From Alphaproteobacteria bacterium (lineage in GTDB: Bacteria; Pseudomonadota; Alphaproteobacteria; UBA828): a stretch of 64,000 nt of DNA. The position numbers were made by a program, and so were the translations under genes. A model generated the notes under the pieces. It had not been told where the DNA came from and searched no databases. It was given only the letters and a program-made list of their open reading frames with translations. Positions within the stretch are counted from its first letter, which is position 1. Every line of letters begins with the position of its first letter. The stretch lies in NCBI GenBank assembly GCA_965221125.1, contig CBDCRW010000007.1, forward strand, positions 32,001-96,000, given 5' to 3'. Shown here piece by piece: positions 43,165-52,962 of the stretch.

Positions 43165-44489
43165 TCGTCCTCCTTCTTGTCCTTGAGGTTGCGCATGGCC
43201 AGCGGCGAGGGCGGAGGCTCGGGCGCCGGATCTTCGGCCTCGATCTCCCTGGCCGGGTAGGTGCGCCTGACGGCGGTATTGGCGTAGGCGTCGAGAGGGC
43301 TGGCCTTGCCGGCCGGCTTGCCGTCATGGACCACGTCGAGAGGGCGCGAGGGCGGCGCGGCCGGGTCGTAGCGCAGGATGACGTTCTGACCCACCAGGAG
43401 GGCGTCGACCTCGTAGACGCGGCCGTTCAGACTAACGGTGCGGTCCTTGTAGACACGGCGCCTGGCCTCGAAGAGGAACAGATCGTCGAGGTCCATGGTG
43501 GCGTCGGGATAGCGCACGCCGGCCGAGGCCAGCGCCCACTGCTCAAGCGGGGTGCGCCCCTCGTCGAGGCCACGATGCGGGCTGTTGTGATACTCCCCCT
43601 CGATCCAGGCCCAGAGGCTGCGGTTGAGCGCCTCCAGGCTGTCGACGTCATCGCCGAGGTGGCGGAGCCAGCCGGCCCGGAGGGTGCGGAAGAAGCGCTC
43701 GATCTTACCCTTTCCCGCTGGCTGGAACGCCCTTGCGTGAATCAACGCAACGCCGAGCCTGGCGCAGACCAGGGAGAGATGACGGGAGCGGTAGGCGCTT
43801 CCGTTGTCGACGTACAAGCGGGCCGGGAGGCCGCGCCGGATCAGCGCGTCCTTGAACACCGGCAGGAACGCCGCAGTGTTCTCCGCCATGGCGAAGGCGG
43901 CGAACGGGATGACGCGGGTGGCGTCGTCGATGAAGGCGATCAGGTAGGTCTTGCGCCGGGTTCGGCCGTGCCGGACCTTGGGTCCGTGCATGACGTCGCT
44001 CATCCACATCTCGCCGGCATGCCGGAAGGCGAAGCGGCGGCGATCCGCCCCGTCGGGCGGCTTCTTGTCGAACAGGCCCTCGCGGCTGAAGAGGCGGTGC
44101 ACGGTGGACGAGGCGAGCGGGTGGTCGATACCCTCCTCCTTGACCTTCTGGATGATGGCGCGAACCGACAATGCGTCGTTCTCGGTCTTCAGCGCGATGA
44201 GGCGCTCGGCGACCTCGGGCGGCAGCCGCCGGGGCTTCCCCCGGTCGGTGCGGGGCTTGGGGTAGAGCGCGTCGAAGCCGCCGTAGCGGTAGTCCTTGAT
44301 CCAGCGCCGCATGGTCTCGGCGGCGACCCGGGTCCTGGTGGTTCCGGGGATCGTGTAGGTCTTCTCGGCTTTGGCGCGCATCATCGCGCCGGCACCCGGT
44401 GCACCCACGGGCAGATGCACCAGATCGGCGATGACGTCGTATCGGAAGAGCGCGATCTGTTGGCGAAGGTCGTCGTCTGAGCTGTTCAT
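43161..44489 (-). CDS. DDE transposase (Mu/TnsB-like, with C-terminal Mu domain)
   Basis: IALFRY N-terminus, WMSDVMHG, FIDDATR, LYVDNGSAY, GKGKIERFFRT, YHNSPHRGL. Confidence 0.92.
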   Translation of the reverse strand: MNSSDDDLRQQIALFRYDVIADLVHLPVGAPGAGAMMRAKAEKTYTIPGTTRTRVAAETMRRWIKDYRYGGFDALYPKPRTDRGKPRRLPPEVAERLIALKTENDALSVRAIIQKVKEEGIDHPLASSTVHRLFSREGLFDKKPPDGADRRRFAFRHAGEMWMSDVMHGPKVRHGRTRRKTYLIAFIDDATRVIPFAAFAMAENTAAFLPVFKDALIRRGLPARLYVDNGSAYRSRHLSLVCARLGVALIHARAFQPAGKGKIERFFRTLRAGWLRHLGDDVDSLEALNRSLWAWIEGEYHNSPHRGLDEGRTPLEQWALASAGVRYPDATMDLDDLFLFEARRRVYKDRTVSLNGRVYEVDALLVGQNVILRYDPAAPPSRPLDVVHDGKPAGKASPLDAYANTAVRRTYPAREIEAEDPAPEPPPSPLAMRNLKDKKEDE

Positions 44490-44534
44490 GGTGCGATCCT
44501 CGTTCAGGGACTCCCTGGCCCCGGGATCGTCACG

Positions 44535-45170
44535 CTACGAACTCTCCGGCGGCGGGTCCGGCCCCGCCCGTTGTTGGAACTGCGGTTTGCGATTCCCCAC
44601 GTCGATGCCGTGGGGTTGGAAGCCCAGAGGCGCGGGTAGCGTCCGGAGCTGCCCGGCGACCAGGCCGCGCAGTTCCATCAACGCGCTGTCGCTCTTCAGA
44701 CGCTCGCGCACCGCGCTCATGGTGGGCGCGCAGCCCGCGAGCAGGTCGGGGATCAGGCCGATGACGCGCACAAGCGCGTCGTGCACAAGCTTCAGCCTGC
44801 GGCGGATCCAACGCACGGCGCCGGGAAGCTCGATGGCGTCCTCGTCCTCGGGGCAGCGCACCTCGTCCGCTGCCTCCTCCAGGCTGCCGGCCTCCTCCGC
44901 CACGACAACAACCGCTTCCAGCGCATCGAGCGTGCCCGGCAGCCGCGCCGCCAGACAGTCGGCCAGCAGGCCGATGGTCGTATGGCTCTCACGGCAATAC
45001 CAGCGAGGAACCCTTGCGCCGGGCGGGGTCTTCCGCTCGTAGGTGCCGTGGCTTGCCACAGAACATCCGCCGTGCGGGTGATTCGGGCAGCGCTCAAGCC
45101 TTGCGTCGCGCCACGCCTCGGTCTTAACGTATTCCTCGCTGGTGAGCCCCGTTTCGTAGCGAAGCTGCAC
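44535..45170 (-). CDS. Transposon-associated Cys/His protein (DUF6431-like)
   Basis: CPNHPHGGC...HGTYERK...RWYCRESHTT..LLADCL; first gene of the transposon. Confidence 0.7.
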   Translation of the reverse strand: MQLRYETGLTSEEYVKTEAWRDARLERCPNHPHGGCSVASHGTYERKTPPGARVPRWYCRESHTTIGLLADCLAARLPGTLDALEAVVVVAEEAGSLEEAADEVRCPEDEDAIELPGAVRWIRRRLKLVHDALVRVIGLIPDLLAGCAPTMSAVRERLKSDSALMELRGLVAGQLRTLPAPLGFQPHGIDVGNRKPQFQQRAGPDPPPESS

Positions 45171-46302
45171 CGGCCCTGGCCCGGCGGGAGTTCCGTCCCC
45201 CGGGCCTCTCTTTGTCGTTCAGTGAGAGGCCAAGATTACGGACGCTCCCCGCCGCCGCCAAGCTGTGGAGCCGTGGACGCGTCCTGCGGACCGATCGGCG
45301 TCCTGCGGACCGTGTGGACAGCCCGTGGACAAGCTGGCGCTTGCCCACCGCCTGACCACACTCGCCGATCTCGCGCCCACCGCTCCACAGCTTCAACAGC
45401 AATGAGGATTCTGCTGAGGATCAAAAAAATGCCGCAGGCAGCGTCCTTCCCGCACTCGGCCACCATCCCGGGAAATCCACCAACCAATCAAAGTGAGAAA
45501 AAAACCCGTGCTTCTATCCGGCTAGACCGGAAAACAACACGCGTGCTGGACGAGATGGAGGCGGAGGGGCGCATCTCTCCCCATGCGGCGGCGGCGCTGC
45601 GCCTGCTCATGCTCACCGGCTGCCGGCGCAACGAGATACTGACGCTCCGCTGGGAGGATGTGCGACTGGAGGCGCAGGAGCTGCATCTCAGCGACTCCAA
45701 GACCGGCCCGCGCACGGTCTCGCTCTCGCCCGGAGCGGCGGCGGTGCTGGCCGCGATGCCGCGCCTTCCCGGCAACCCCTGGGTGATCCCCGGCACGAAG
45801 CCGGGCGCCCGGCTCTCCAGCCTGTTCGGGCCCTGGCGGCGCGTGCGCGCCCGCGCCGGCCTCGACGACGTGCGCATCCACGACCTGCGCCACTCCTACG
45901 CCTCCCGCGCGCTGGCGCTGGGCGAGAGCCTGCCGGTGATCGCCAAGCTCCTCGGCCACGCCCGGATCCAGACCACCGCACGCTACACCCACCTCACGCG
46001 GGACGCCGTCAGGGATGCAGCCATTCGAGTCGCCGAGGGGATTGCGGAGGATATCCTTCGGGACAGAAGCCCCCAGCCTCCGCGGGCAGCCTTGCGCCGG
46101 AATGGCAGTGCGATCCCGCCTGGCGGGCGCATCGCGCCAGGCATCGATCGAGGTCTCGACGTTCGCGACCTGCGCTCCAACGATGTCAAAGCGTCGGTGA
46201 AGGCATCGGCTGCACGAGTCGCCGCCGAAATCGGGGATGACATTCTCCCGCCATGGACAGGTGGCGGCGGCTGCTTCGCGAGGTTGAGCGCGTCCGAGGG
46301 GC

Positions 46303-47325
46303 CTACCGCTCGGGCGGCTCGATCGTCTCGGGTGTCAGCGCATCGAAGATGCCCGTAAAGCGCCCATGCGAGCCGTCGTCTTCGGCAAACAGCACATCGG
46401 TCGAGCCGACCACGCGCCGGGGATTGCCATCCGCATCCGGCACGTTCGAGAACTGTCCTTGCCACGTCCCGGCGCTGCTCACGATGGTGCGGTCGGGATG
46501 GGCAACGCTAACGGTTGTATCCTCGAAGGCCCCGGTGGCGTCAAAGGATGCGGCAAAGTGGAGGTCGTAGTCGGCCGGCAACGCCGCGGGATCGGGGTCC
46601 CGCCAGGAGAGGATGGGATAGAGGTGCTGACCGGGCACGATCTCGATCGGCCCCAGGCACCCGAGGCACCCGATGAGGCGGTTCTGGTCGAAGTCGGCGA
46701 TTAGCGAGACTAGCCCGGTAAACTCCGTGATCTCGGTGGATCCGGCCAACTCGTCCCACGCCCGTCCGTAGCTGTACGTGTACAGGCCGCCCATCCCGCC
46801 GACATAGCTGGCCGTGCCCGTCAGCGGCAGGTCGGGCGGTTCGGCGGGGTTGAGCTCCGGACCGTCGAGAAAGACCCCGCGAGTGGCGGCCTCGAACTCC
46901 CGATGGGATACGTCCGGTGGATAGATCAGCCACCATCCCGCCGCAAGATAGTCGGCGGGGTCGGCATCGTTCCACGAGACGACGGCGTAGAGCAGAATCT
47001 TGCCGTCGTAGTGGTTTTCCGCGAGCAACCATTCGCGGCTGGAATGGCCGGGTTGGACGGGTCGGGGAAGGAAAAGCCCCCACGACCCTTCCCGGTGCCG
47101 GACGGAATCGAGAGTGCGGGTCCCACGGTCCGGGGTCGGCACGTCGATACTGAACACGCCATCGGCGAAGGTCGTCCCGGTCCGAAACGGTTGGGGCTCG
47201 GGCGTGAGCGTGGGTATCTCGACCGCTGGAAGCGGCTCGGCCTCATCTCCACCTCCGCCGATACACCCGCCGAGGGTCAGCACCGCTCCTGCAATGGCGA
47301 CGACGAGCACTCGCTGGAATTTCAT
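46303..47325 (-). CDS. Lipoprotein type A', paralog of 29550..30572
   Basis: Same length (340 aa), lipobox LGGC, long identical stretches such as DYLAAGWWLIYPPDV and FAEDDGSHGRFTGIFDALTP. Confidence 0.85.
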   Translation of the reverse strand: MKFQRVLVVAIAGAVLTLGGCIGGGGDEAEPLPAVEIPTLTPEPQPFRTGTTFADGVFSIDVPTPDRGTRTLDSVRHREGSWGLFLPRPVQPGHSSREWLLAENHYDGKILLYAVVSWNDADPADYLAAGWWLIYPPDVSHREFEAATRGVFLDGPELNPAEPPDLPLTGTASYVGGMGGLYTYSYGRAWDELAGSTEITEFTGLVSLIADFDQNRLIGCLGCLGPIEIVPGQHLYPILSWRDPDPAALPADYDLHFAASFDATGAFEDTTVSVAHPDRTIVSSAGTWQGQFSNVPDADGNPRRVVGSTDVLFAEDDGSHGRFTGIFDALTPETIEPPER

Positions 47326-47402
47326 CGGGTTCGCTCCCTGAAGACAATTCGACACTGGGGATCGCCATTATGCGGCTGTCCCGAAAGGGCGGGGGACGCG
47401 GG

Positions 47403-48815
47403 TCAGAACTGCTGCACGAAGCGAAGCTCGCCGCGGGTGCGCTGGAAGTCGTGGGCCTGGGCGTTGGTCTCGCGCTCCTCGTTCACCACCACCAGCTCCG
47501 GGCTGAAGCCGAAGACGGTAAAGCCCCGGTTGTGGACGGAGGCGCGGAGGCTCCTGGTGCGGTCCTGCCGCGCGCCGTTATCGGGCACGAACGGGAACCA
47601 GCCGGGCTCGTAGTCCGCCCAGCGCACCTCGGCGCCGGCGCCCACGGTGAAGCCCAGAGGCAGGATCACCGAGACGTCGGTGCCGAGCCAGCGGGTGCGA
47701 TGGCGCCTGGAGTCCCACTTCGGGCGCTGGCGGCCGTAGCCGCCGGAGAAGTCCAACCGCACGGTCGGATCCACCACCCAGGAGGCACGCAGCGCCACGT
47801 CCATGACCGGCCCGTCGAGGGCCGTCCGCGTGCGGTAGCGCCGCCCGTGCCAGGAGGCCTGGCCCGAGACCGTGACGAGCCGGTTGACGCGGTGGCCGAC
47901 CTCCAGGCGGACGCCGAGCTCGCGGTCGTCCGGCGCGGTGCCGACCCAACGCTGGCGGGCGCTGCCGAGGACGCTCAGATCGGTGTCCCTGTCGACGAGC
48001 CAGCGGGGCCCGAGATGGGTGCCGACGAAGAGCTGGTCGAAGACCGAGCGCTCGTACTCGCGGCGCGCGAACTCGGCGCCCGCGCGGATGCGGAGGTCGT
48101 CGAACACCGGGTAGTGGTACTCCGCGCCGCCCCAGAGCGAGACGCCGATGCCTGACGAGGTCAGCTCCTGCACGTTGCGCCGAAAGGGCAGGTCGAAGAT
48201 GTAGATGATGCGCTCCTCCGACGAGCCGCCGATGTTGCTGTCCGGCGCAAGGGCAGCGCCGGCGTTGAAGCGCCAGCGCCGGCGGGACTCGATGCTCGCG
48301 AGGAAGGTGCGGACGTTGGCGACGACCGCGTCCGGCGGGTCGGTCGCCAGCACGATCTCGAAGTGGCGCCGCGCGAGGTCGTCCTCGCCCATCAGGTAGA
48401 AGGCGCGGGCGAGCTCGAGGCGCACGCGGAGCAGCCGCGGGTCCTCGATCAGCATGGCGCGGAAGGCGGCGACCGCCTGGCTCAGCAGCGCCTCGCGGGT
48501 CTCAGGCGCCAGGTCGGGCTGCTGCTGCGCCGTCCCCACCGCAGCCAGGCCGTAGAGGAAGGCGACGTTGGCGTCGACCGCATCGCCCTGGAGCATCGGG
48601 GCCAGGATCACCAGCGCCTCGCCGAAGCGGCCCGCGTCGATCAGCGCGCGTGCGTCGCCCACGGTGCCCGCGGGGGGCGCATCGGGCGCTGCGGCTTCGT
48701 CGGCCGCTGCGGGCGCGGGCTGCGGCTCGCTCTCGTGCTGGTCGGCAAGCGCGGGCAGGGCAAGCGTGAGGCAGGCCGCGAGCAGGGCGGCGCGGCAGAT
48801 CGTCGTTGGGAGCAT
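47403..48815 (-). CDS. Slam-like surface lipoprotein assembly modifier (TPR plus DUF560 beta-barrel; type XI secretion)
   Basis: Signal peptide, TPR region RVRLELARAFYLMGEDDLARRHFE, LAPDSNIG barrel start, terminal ELRFVQQF; adjacent to TbpB-like lipoprotein. Confidence 0.8.
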   Translation of the reverse strand: MLPTTICRAALLAACLTLALPALADQHESEPQPAPAAADEAAAPDAPPAGTVGDARALIDAGRFGEALVILAPMLQGDAVDANVAFLYGLAAVGTAQQQPDLAPETREALLSQAVAAFRAMLIEDPRLLRVRLELARAFYLMGEDDLARRHFEIVLATDPPDAVVANVRTFLASIESRRRWRFNAGAALAPDSNIGGSSEERIIYIFDLPFRRNVQELTSSGIGVSLWGGAEYHYPVFDDLRIRAGAEFARREYERSVFDQLFVGTHLGPRWLVDRDTDLSVLGSARQRWVGTAPDDRELGVRLEVGHRVNRLVTVSGQASWHGRRYRTRTALDGPVMDVALRASWVVDPTVRLDFSGGYGRQRPKWDSRRHRTRWLGTDVSVILPLGFTVGAGAEVRWADYEPGWFPFVPDNGARQDRTRSLRASVHNRGFTVFGFSPELVVVNEERETNAQAHDFQRTRGELRFVQQF

Positions 48816-49379
48816 CGTGGGCCTGTACCAGTTGCGGGCGGTCGCCATCGTGAGAGCCGCCCAATGTAATTGAGTTGCCCCGATAAGGCCATGCCCGGGC
48901 GGGGATGCGGGCAGGCTGCCGCCGTTGCGGTGCGCCGGCGGCGACACCCCGCTTCCCCCGAAGGGGCAGAGAGCGCATGGGCGCGCGGGCGCTGCGCAGC
49001 TCCCAAAGCGGGGGAATGCGAGAACGGCCTAACGATTTCGCAACGCGGCATTGGGGCGCAGGTGGGAGCGTTCTTCGTTCTCGGGGCAACCGAGGGATGA
49101 AAATTCCGCACATTCGGAACGTCCAGGCGCGAAATTGCGCGATGAAATTGCAGATGCAATGCGAATAGCCAGCACAACTGTCACTTCCTGACTCTCCGGC
49201 CTCGACGGGCGGCGCGACATCGCCCCCCTCAATATTGGGGTTTCATGGGCCGGGCGGCGGCCTAGATTCAAGGGCATGCACCGGAGACGCACCTGGTGCG
49301 AGGAAACAGGCCGTTCGCGCACGCCGCAGCCTGTCCGCACCGACCGCTGCTCGGCGAGCGAAGGCGCGCGGGCGTCCCG

Positions 49380-50531
49380 ATGAGTCGGCAGGACGCATTC
49401 GATCGGATCGTGGCGGCGCTGCACGACGCCGCGTTCGACGATGCCCGGTGGCTCGCGGCATCCGCCCTGATCGACGACGCCTGCCGAATGAAGGGCAACG
49501 GGCTGGTGCACGGTGAGGGCCACACCCACGACGACATCGAAGTCTTCCTTGCGCGGCTCTGCCACCGCGGGGAACGGCGCGACGACCTGGAACGCGAATA
49601 CTTCGACATGTACCACCATGTGGATGAACGGCTGCCGCGCCTCAGGCAGCTCCCCGACCGCCGGCTCGTCCACGTGCGCTCCCTCTACACGGAGCAGGAG
49701 CTGAAGACATCGCCCACGTACAACGAGTGCCTGCTCCACGCCGAAGCGCAGAACGGCCTCAACCTGCGCATGGACGGACCGCACGGCTCGCGCATCGTCT
49801 GGCTGACCGCGGACCCTGTCGGCGCGGACGAATGGTCGTCCGATCAGACCGAGATGCTCGACCGTCTGATGCCGCATGTTCGCCAGTACGCGAGCGTGCG
49901 GCAGGTGTTGTCGGATGCAGGCGCGCTCGGCTCGTCGCTGGCCTCGCTGCTCGACAACACCGGGGCGGGGATCATCCACCTCGACCGGCGCGGCCGGATC
50001 GTCGCGGCGAACGACCGGGCCGGCGCGCTGCTGCGGCGGGGCTGCGGGCTGTCGGACACGGGCGGCTACCTGCAGGCCCGCCTGCCGCCGGACAATGCGC
50101 GCCTTCAGACGCTGCTGGCGCGCGCGCTGCCGCCGTTCGGCGCCCAGGGCGCCAGCGGGTCGATGACGCTGAGGCAGACGCCCGGCCAGCAGCGGCTCGT
50201 GCTGCACGTGAGCCCGGTGGCCGACCGGGACCTGGATTTCCGCACCCGCCGCGTCGCCGCGCTCGCGCTGGTCGTCGAGCCGGGGCGCCGGATGCGCATC
50301 GACCGGGGCCTGGTGGCGGCGATCCTGGGCCTCACGCCGTCGGAGACCGAGGTGGCGGTGCTGCTGGCCGAGGGCCACACCGTCAGCGATATCGCGCGGG
50401 CGACGGAGCGCAGGGAGAGCACGGTCCGCTGGCACATCAAGCACATCTTCAACAAGCACGGCTTCAATCGGCAATTGGAGCTGGTGCAACTGGTGCTGTC
50501 CCTGGCCACCATTCCGGAGTCGGGGCGCTGA
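49380..50531 (+). CDS. LuxR-type HTH regulator with N-terminal sensor (GAF/PAS-like) domains
   Basis: GIIHLDRRGRIV; LTPSETEVAVLLAEGHTVSDIA...TVRWHIKHIFNK; divergent from Slam gene. Confidence 0.85.
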   Translation: MSRQDAFDRIVAALHDAAFDDARWLAASALIDDACRMKGNGLVHGEGHTHDDIEVFLARLCHRGERRDDLEREYFDMYHHVDERLPRLRQLPDRRLVHVRSLYTEQELKTSPTYNECLLHAEAQNGLNLRMDGPHGSRIVWLTADPVGADEWSSDQTEMLDRLMPHVRQYASVRQVLSDAGALGSSLASLLDNTGAGIIHLDRRGRIVAANDRAGALLRRGCGLSDTGGYLQARLPPDNARLQTLLARALPPFGAQGASGSMTLRQTPGQQRLVLHVSPVADRDLDFRTRRVAALALVVEPGRRMRIDRGLVAAILGLTPSETEVAVLLAEGHTVSDIARATERRESTVRWHIKHIFNKHGFNRQLELVQLVLSLATIPESGR

Positions 50532-51035
50532 AGCCGTCGAGGAAATGCCGGCAGGTGCCGGGCACTTCAGCCGTCAATTTTCGCTCGGCAGCGGCGGCGG
50601 CATCCGCAGTTATTGATGGCCGCCGGCGGCAGAGTTTTCGGCCTTGTTCCGGACGCGGAATCGCGTTCGCGACCGCACAGTTTCCGCGCCGCATCGCCGC
50701 GGCCAGGCGCGCCACGTGCTCACGACCGGGCCGCTTGTCTCCCGCGCACGTGCGGACCCCGCCTATGGGGGCTTTACGCGCTCGGCACCACGACCTATGG
50801 TGGGAGACACAGGGCGAACACGCCAGGAAATCGATGGCAGCGGCCGGCCGTCGCCCTGATTGTTGCGCCTGTATCGAGAGCCAGGAGCCTGCCCGGTGGG
50901 CCGACGATCCGCAGCGCGTCTACGCCTTCGGCACGCCGCCGTGAGCCGCGCAGTTTGCGACCGCCGGGCGGCGCGGCCGCGCAATCGCCCGGATACGGAC
51001 GGCCCGCGCGGCGTCATCGGGCAAGGCCCCGGCGC

Positions 51036-52670
51036 ATGAACAGGCTTTACTACGGCGACTGCCTGGCGGTGATGGAGGAAATGCCGCCCGGCAGCGTCGA
51101 CCTGATCTACCTCGATCCGCCCTTCAACTCGAGCCGCGACTACAACGCGATCTACACGGACGAGACCGGCCGCCCCCTGCCGACGCAGATCGAGGCGTTC
51201 TGCGACACCTGGATCCTCGACGAGGACCGCGAACGCGCGATCCGCCAGATGCCGATCCTCATGCGCGAAGCCGGCATCGACGACGAGGTCGCGGAGTTCT
51301 GGCGCCTCTGGGTCAAGGCGCTGCGCAAGACGAACCCGCGCATGCTGGCCTATCTCTCCTACATGGTGCAGCGGCTGCTCCCCATGCGCGGGCTGCTGAA
51401 GGCGACCGGCTCCATCTACCTGCACTGCGACCCGACCGCCAGCCATTACATAAAGATCATGATGGACGCCATATTCGGGCACGAAAACTTCAGAAACGAG
51501 ATTACGTGGCAGCGCACGGAAAGTCACAACACGGCCGATCGCTACGGAAATATTGCCGACATACTGTTGTATTACGCAAAGTCCAGCCAAGCCATATGGA
51601 ACCCGCAGTATCAGGACTACGGCGACGCGCAGTTGAGCCGCTTCCGCCACATGGACGGCGACGGCCGCCGCTACAAGCTGGAGAACCTCACGGCCCCGCG
51701 GCCGAACTCGAATTCCGGCAAGTTCAGCTGGCGGGGCACGCTGCCGGGGCCCACGCGCGGGTGGGGCTACAACGTCGAGCAACTGGAGGCATGGTGGCAC
51801 GAGGGGCGCATCAGGACGAAAGCCGACGGCACGCCCCGGACCGACGGACTGAAGGTCTACCTGGACGAGACGCAGGGCAAACCGCTGCAGAACATATGGA
51901 CCGACATTTCCCGAATCCCCAATACGTCGTCGGAGCGGATGGGCTACGCAACGCAAAAGCCCTTGGCGCTGCTGGAGCGCGTCATCATGGCGAGTTCGGA
52001 ACCCGGAGATCTGGTCTTCGACCCGTTCTGCGGCTGCGCCACGACCATCGAAGCCGCGCACAGGCTGGGGCGGCGATGGATCGGCATCGACATCGCGATC
52101 CACGCAATAAAGCGCGTCGCAAAGGTGCGCCTGCAGGAGCGACTTAGGCTGGTCGAAGGCAGCGATTTCGAGATCAAGGGCATGCCGCGCGACATGGAAG
52201 GCGCGCGCGATCTTTGGAAGCACGACAAGTACCACTTTCAGAAGTGGGCCGTCGAACAGGTGGACGGATTTGTCACCGCGCGAAAGAGCGGCGACGGCGG
52301 CATAGACGGCCGCCTGTACTTCGCCATGCCGCAGGAAGATGCGTGGGAACGCGACCCGCTCCGTTCCATGGTGATCGAGGTGAAGGGCGGCACTAATGTC
52401 GGCATCGATGTCGTCCGCAATTTGCGCGGCATTCTGGAGCGCGAGGACGCGGAAATGGCGGGGCTGATCGTGCTGGAAGAACCTGGTCACAAGAAGCGCG
52501 CGAGCTTCGGCCGCGAGCTGGCATTCGCCGGCGACTTGACGGTGCACGGGACGACATACCCCCGCATGCAGCTTCTCACGGTCTCGGAGATTCTGGCCGG
52601 CAAGCGCTTCACGACGCCGAGCGCGGTGGGGCGCGGCTCCCGGCAGCAACCGCTCGCCCTGGAGCGCTAA
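51036..52670 (+). CDS. N6/N4 DNA methyltransferase fused to C-terminal Mrr-like endonuclease domain
   Basis: DLIYLDPPF, YATQKPLALLERVI, VFDPFCGCATT; C-term FQKWAV...DGGIDG...IEVKGG. Confidence 0.88.
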   Translation: MNRLYYGDCLAVMEEMPPGSVDLIYLDPPFNSSRDYNAIYTDETGRPLPTQIEAFCDTWILDEDRERAIRQMPILMREAGIDDEVAEFWRLWVKALRKTNPRMLAYLSYMVQRLLPMRGLLKATGSIYLHCDPTASHYIKIMMDAIFGHENFRNEITWQRTESHNTADRYGNIADILLYYAKSSQAIWNPQYQDYGDAQLSRFRHMDGDGRRYKLENLTAPRPNSNSGKFSWRGTLPGPTRGWGYNVEQLEAWWHEGRIRTKADGTPRTDGLKVYLDETQGKPLQNIWTDISRIPNTSSERMGYATQKPLALLERVIMASSEPGDLVFDPFCGCATTIEAAHRLGRRWIGIDIAIHAIKRVAKVRLQERLRLVEGSDFEIKGMPRDMEGARDLWKHDKYHFQKWAVEQVDGFVTARKSGDGGIDGRLYFAMPQEDAWERDPLRSMVIEVKGGTNVGIDVVRNLRGILEREDAEMAGLIVLEEPGHKKRASFGRELAFAGDLTVHGTTYPRMQLLTVSEILAGKRFTTPSAVGRGSRQQPLALER

Positions 52671-52962
52671 CCCGCAGGCTGAGCGCGCGGCGCAAACGAT
52701 CTGCCGCGCGCCGGACCCCGATGCACGATGCGTCGCGTGGGCCGGAGGCGTCCCCATCCGCGAATCCCCCGGTCGCGTGGCGGATTCAAGCCTGAAAGCC
52801 GGCGTGTCACGGGAATATTTCCCCGTCGTCGTCGTTTGGCGGGGCATTTCTCCTTGACGGCCGGGCCTGTGAGCGATAGGGAACGAACCGTTTGGTCCAT
52901 TCATGGGCGAGACGCAAGGCATCTGCATTGCGCGCACCGGCACCGCCCACCGTGCCCTGCGT

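Larger units (their letters stand above)
40919..45539 (-). mobile_element. Four-gene Mu/TnsB-like DDE transposon
   Basis: TGTTGTTT...AAACAACA termini; 5-bp target duplication CGCGT (40914-40918, 45540-45544). Confidence 0.92.
40254..46358 (+). pseudogene. Tyrosine integrase (subtype B) split by transposon at 40919-45539
   Basis: N-half ends QRLGRV at 40918; C-half resumes LDEMEAEG...LTGCRRNE...HDLRHSYAS...LLGHARIQTTARY after 45544; frame restored on removing insert plus one target duplication. Confidence 0.9.
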
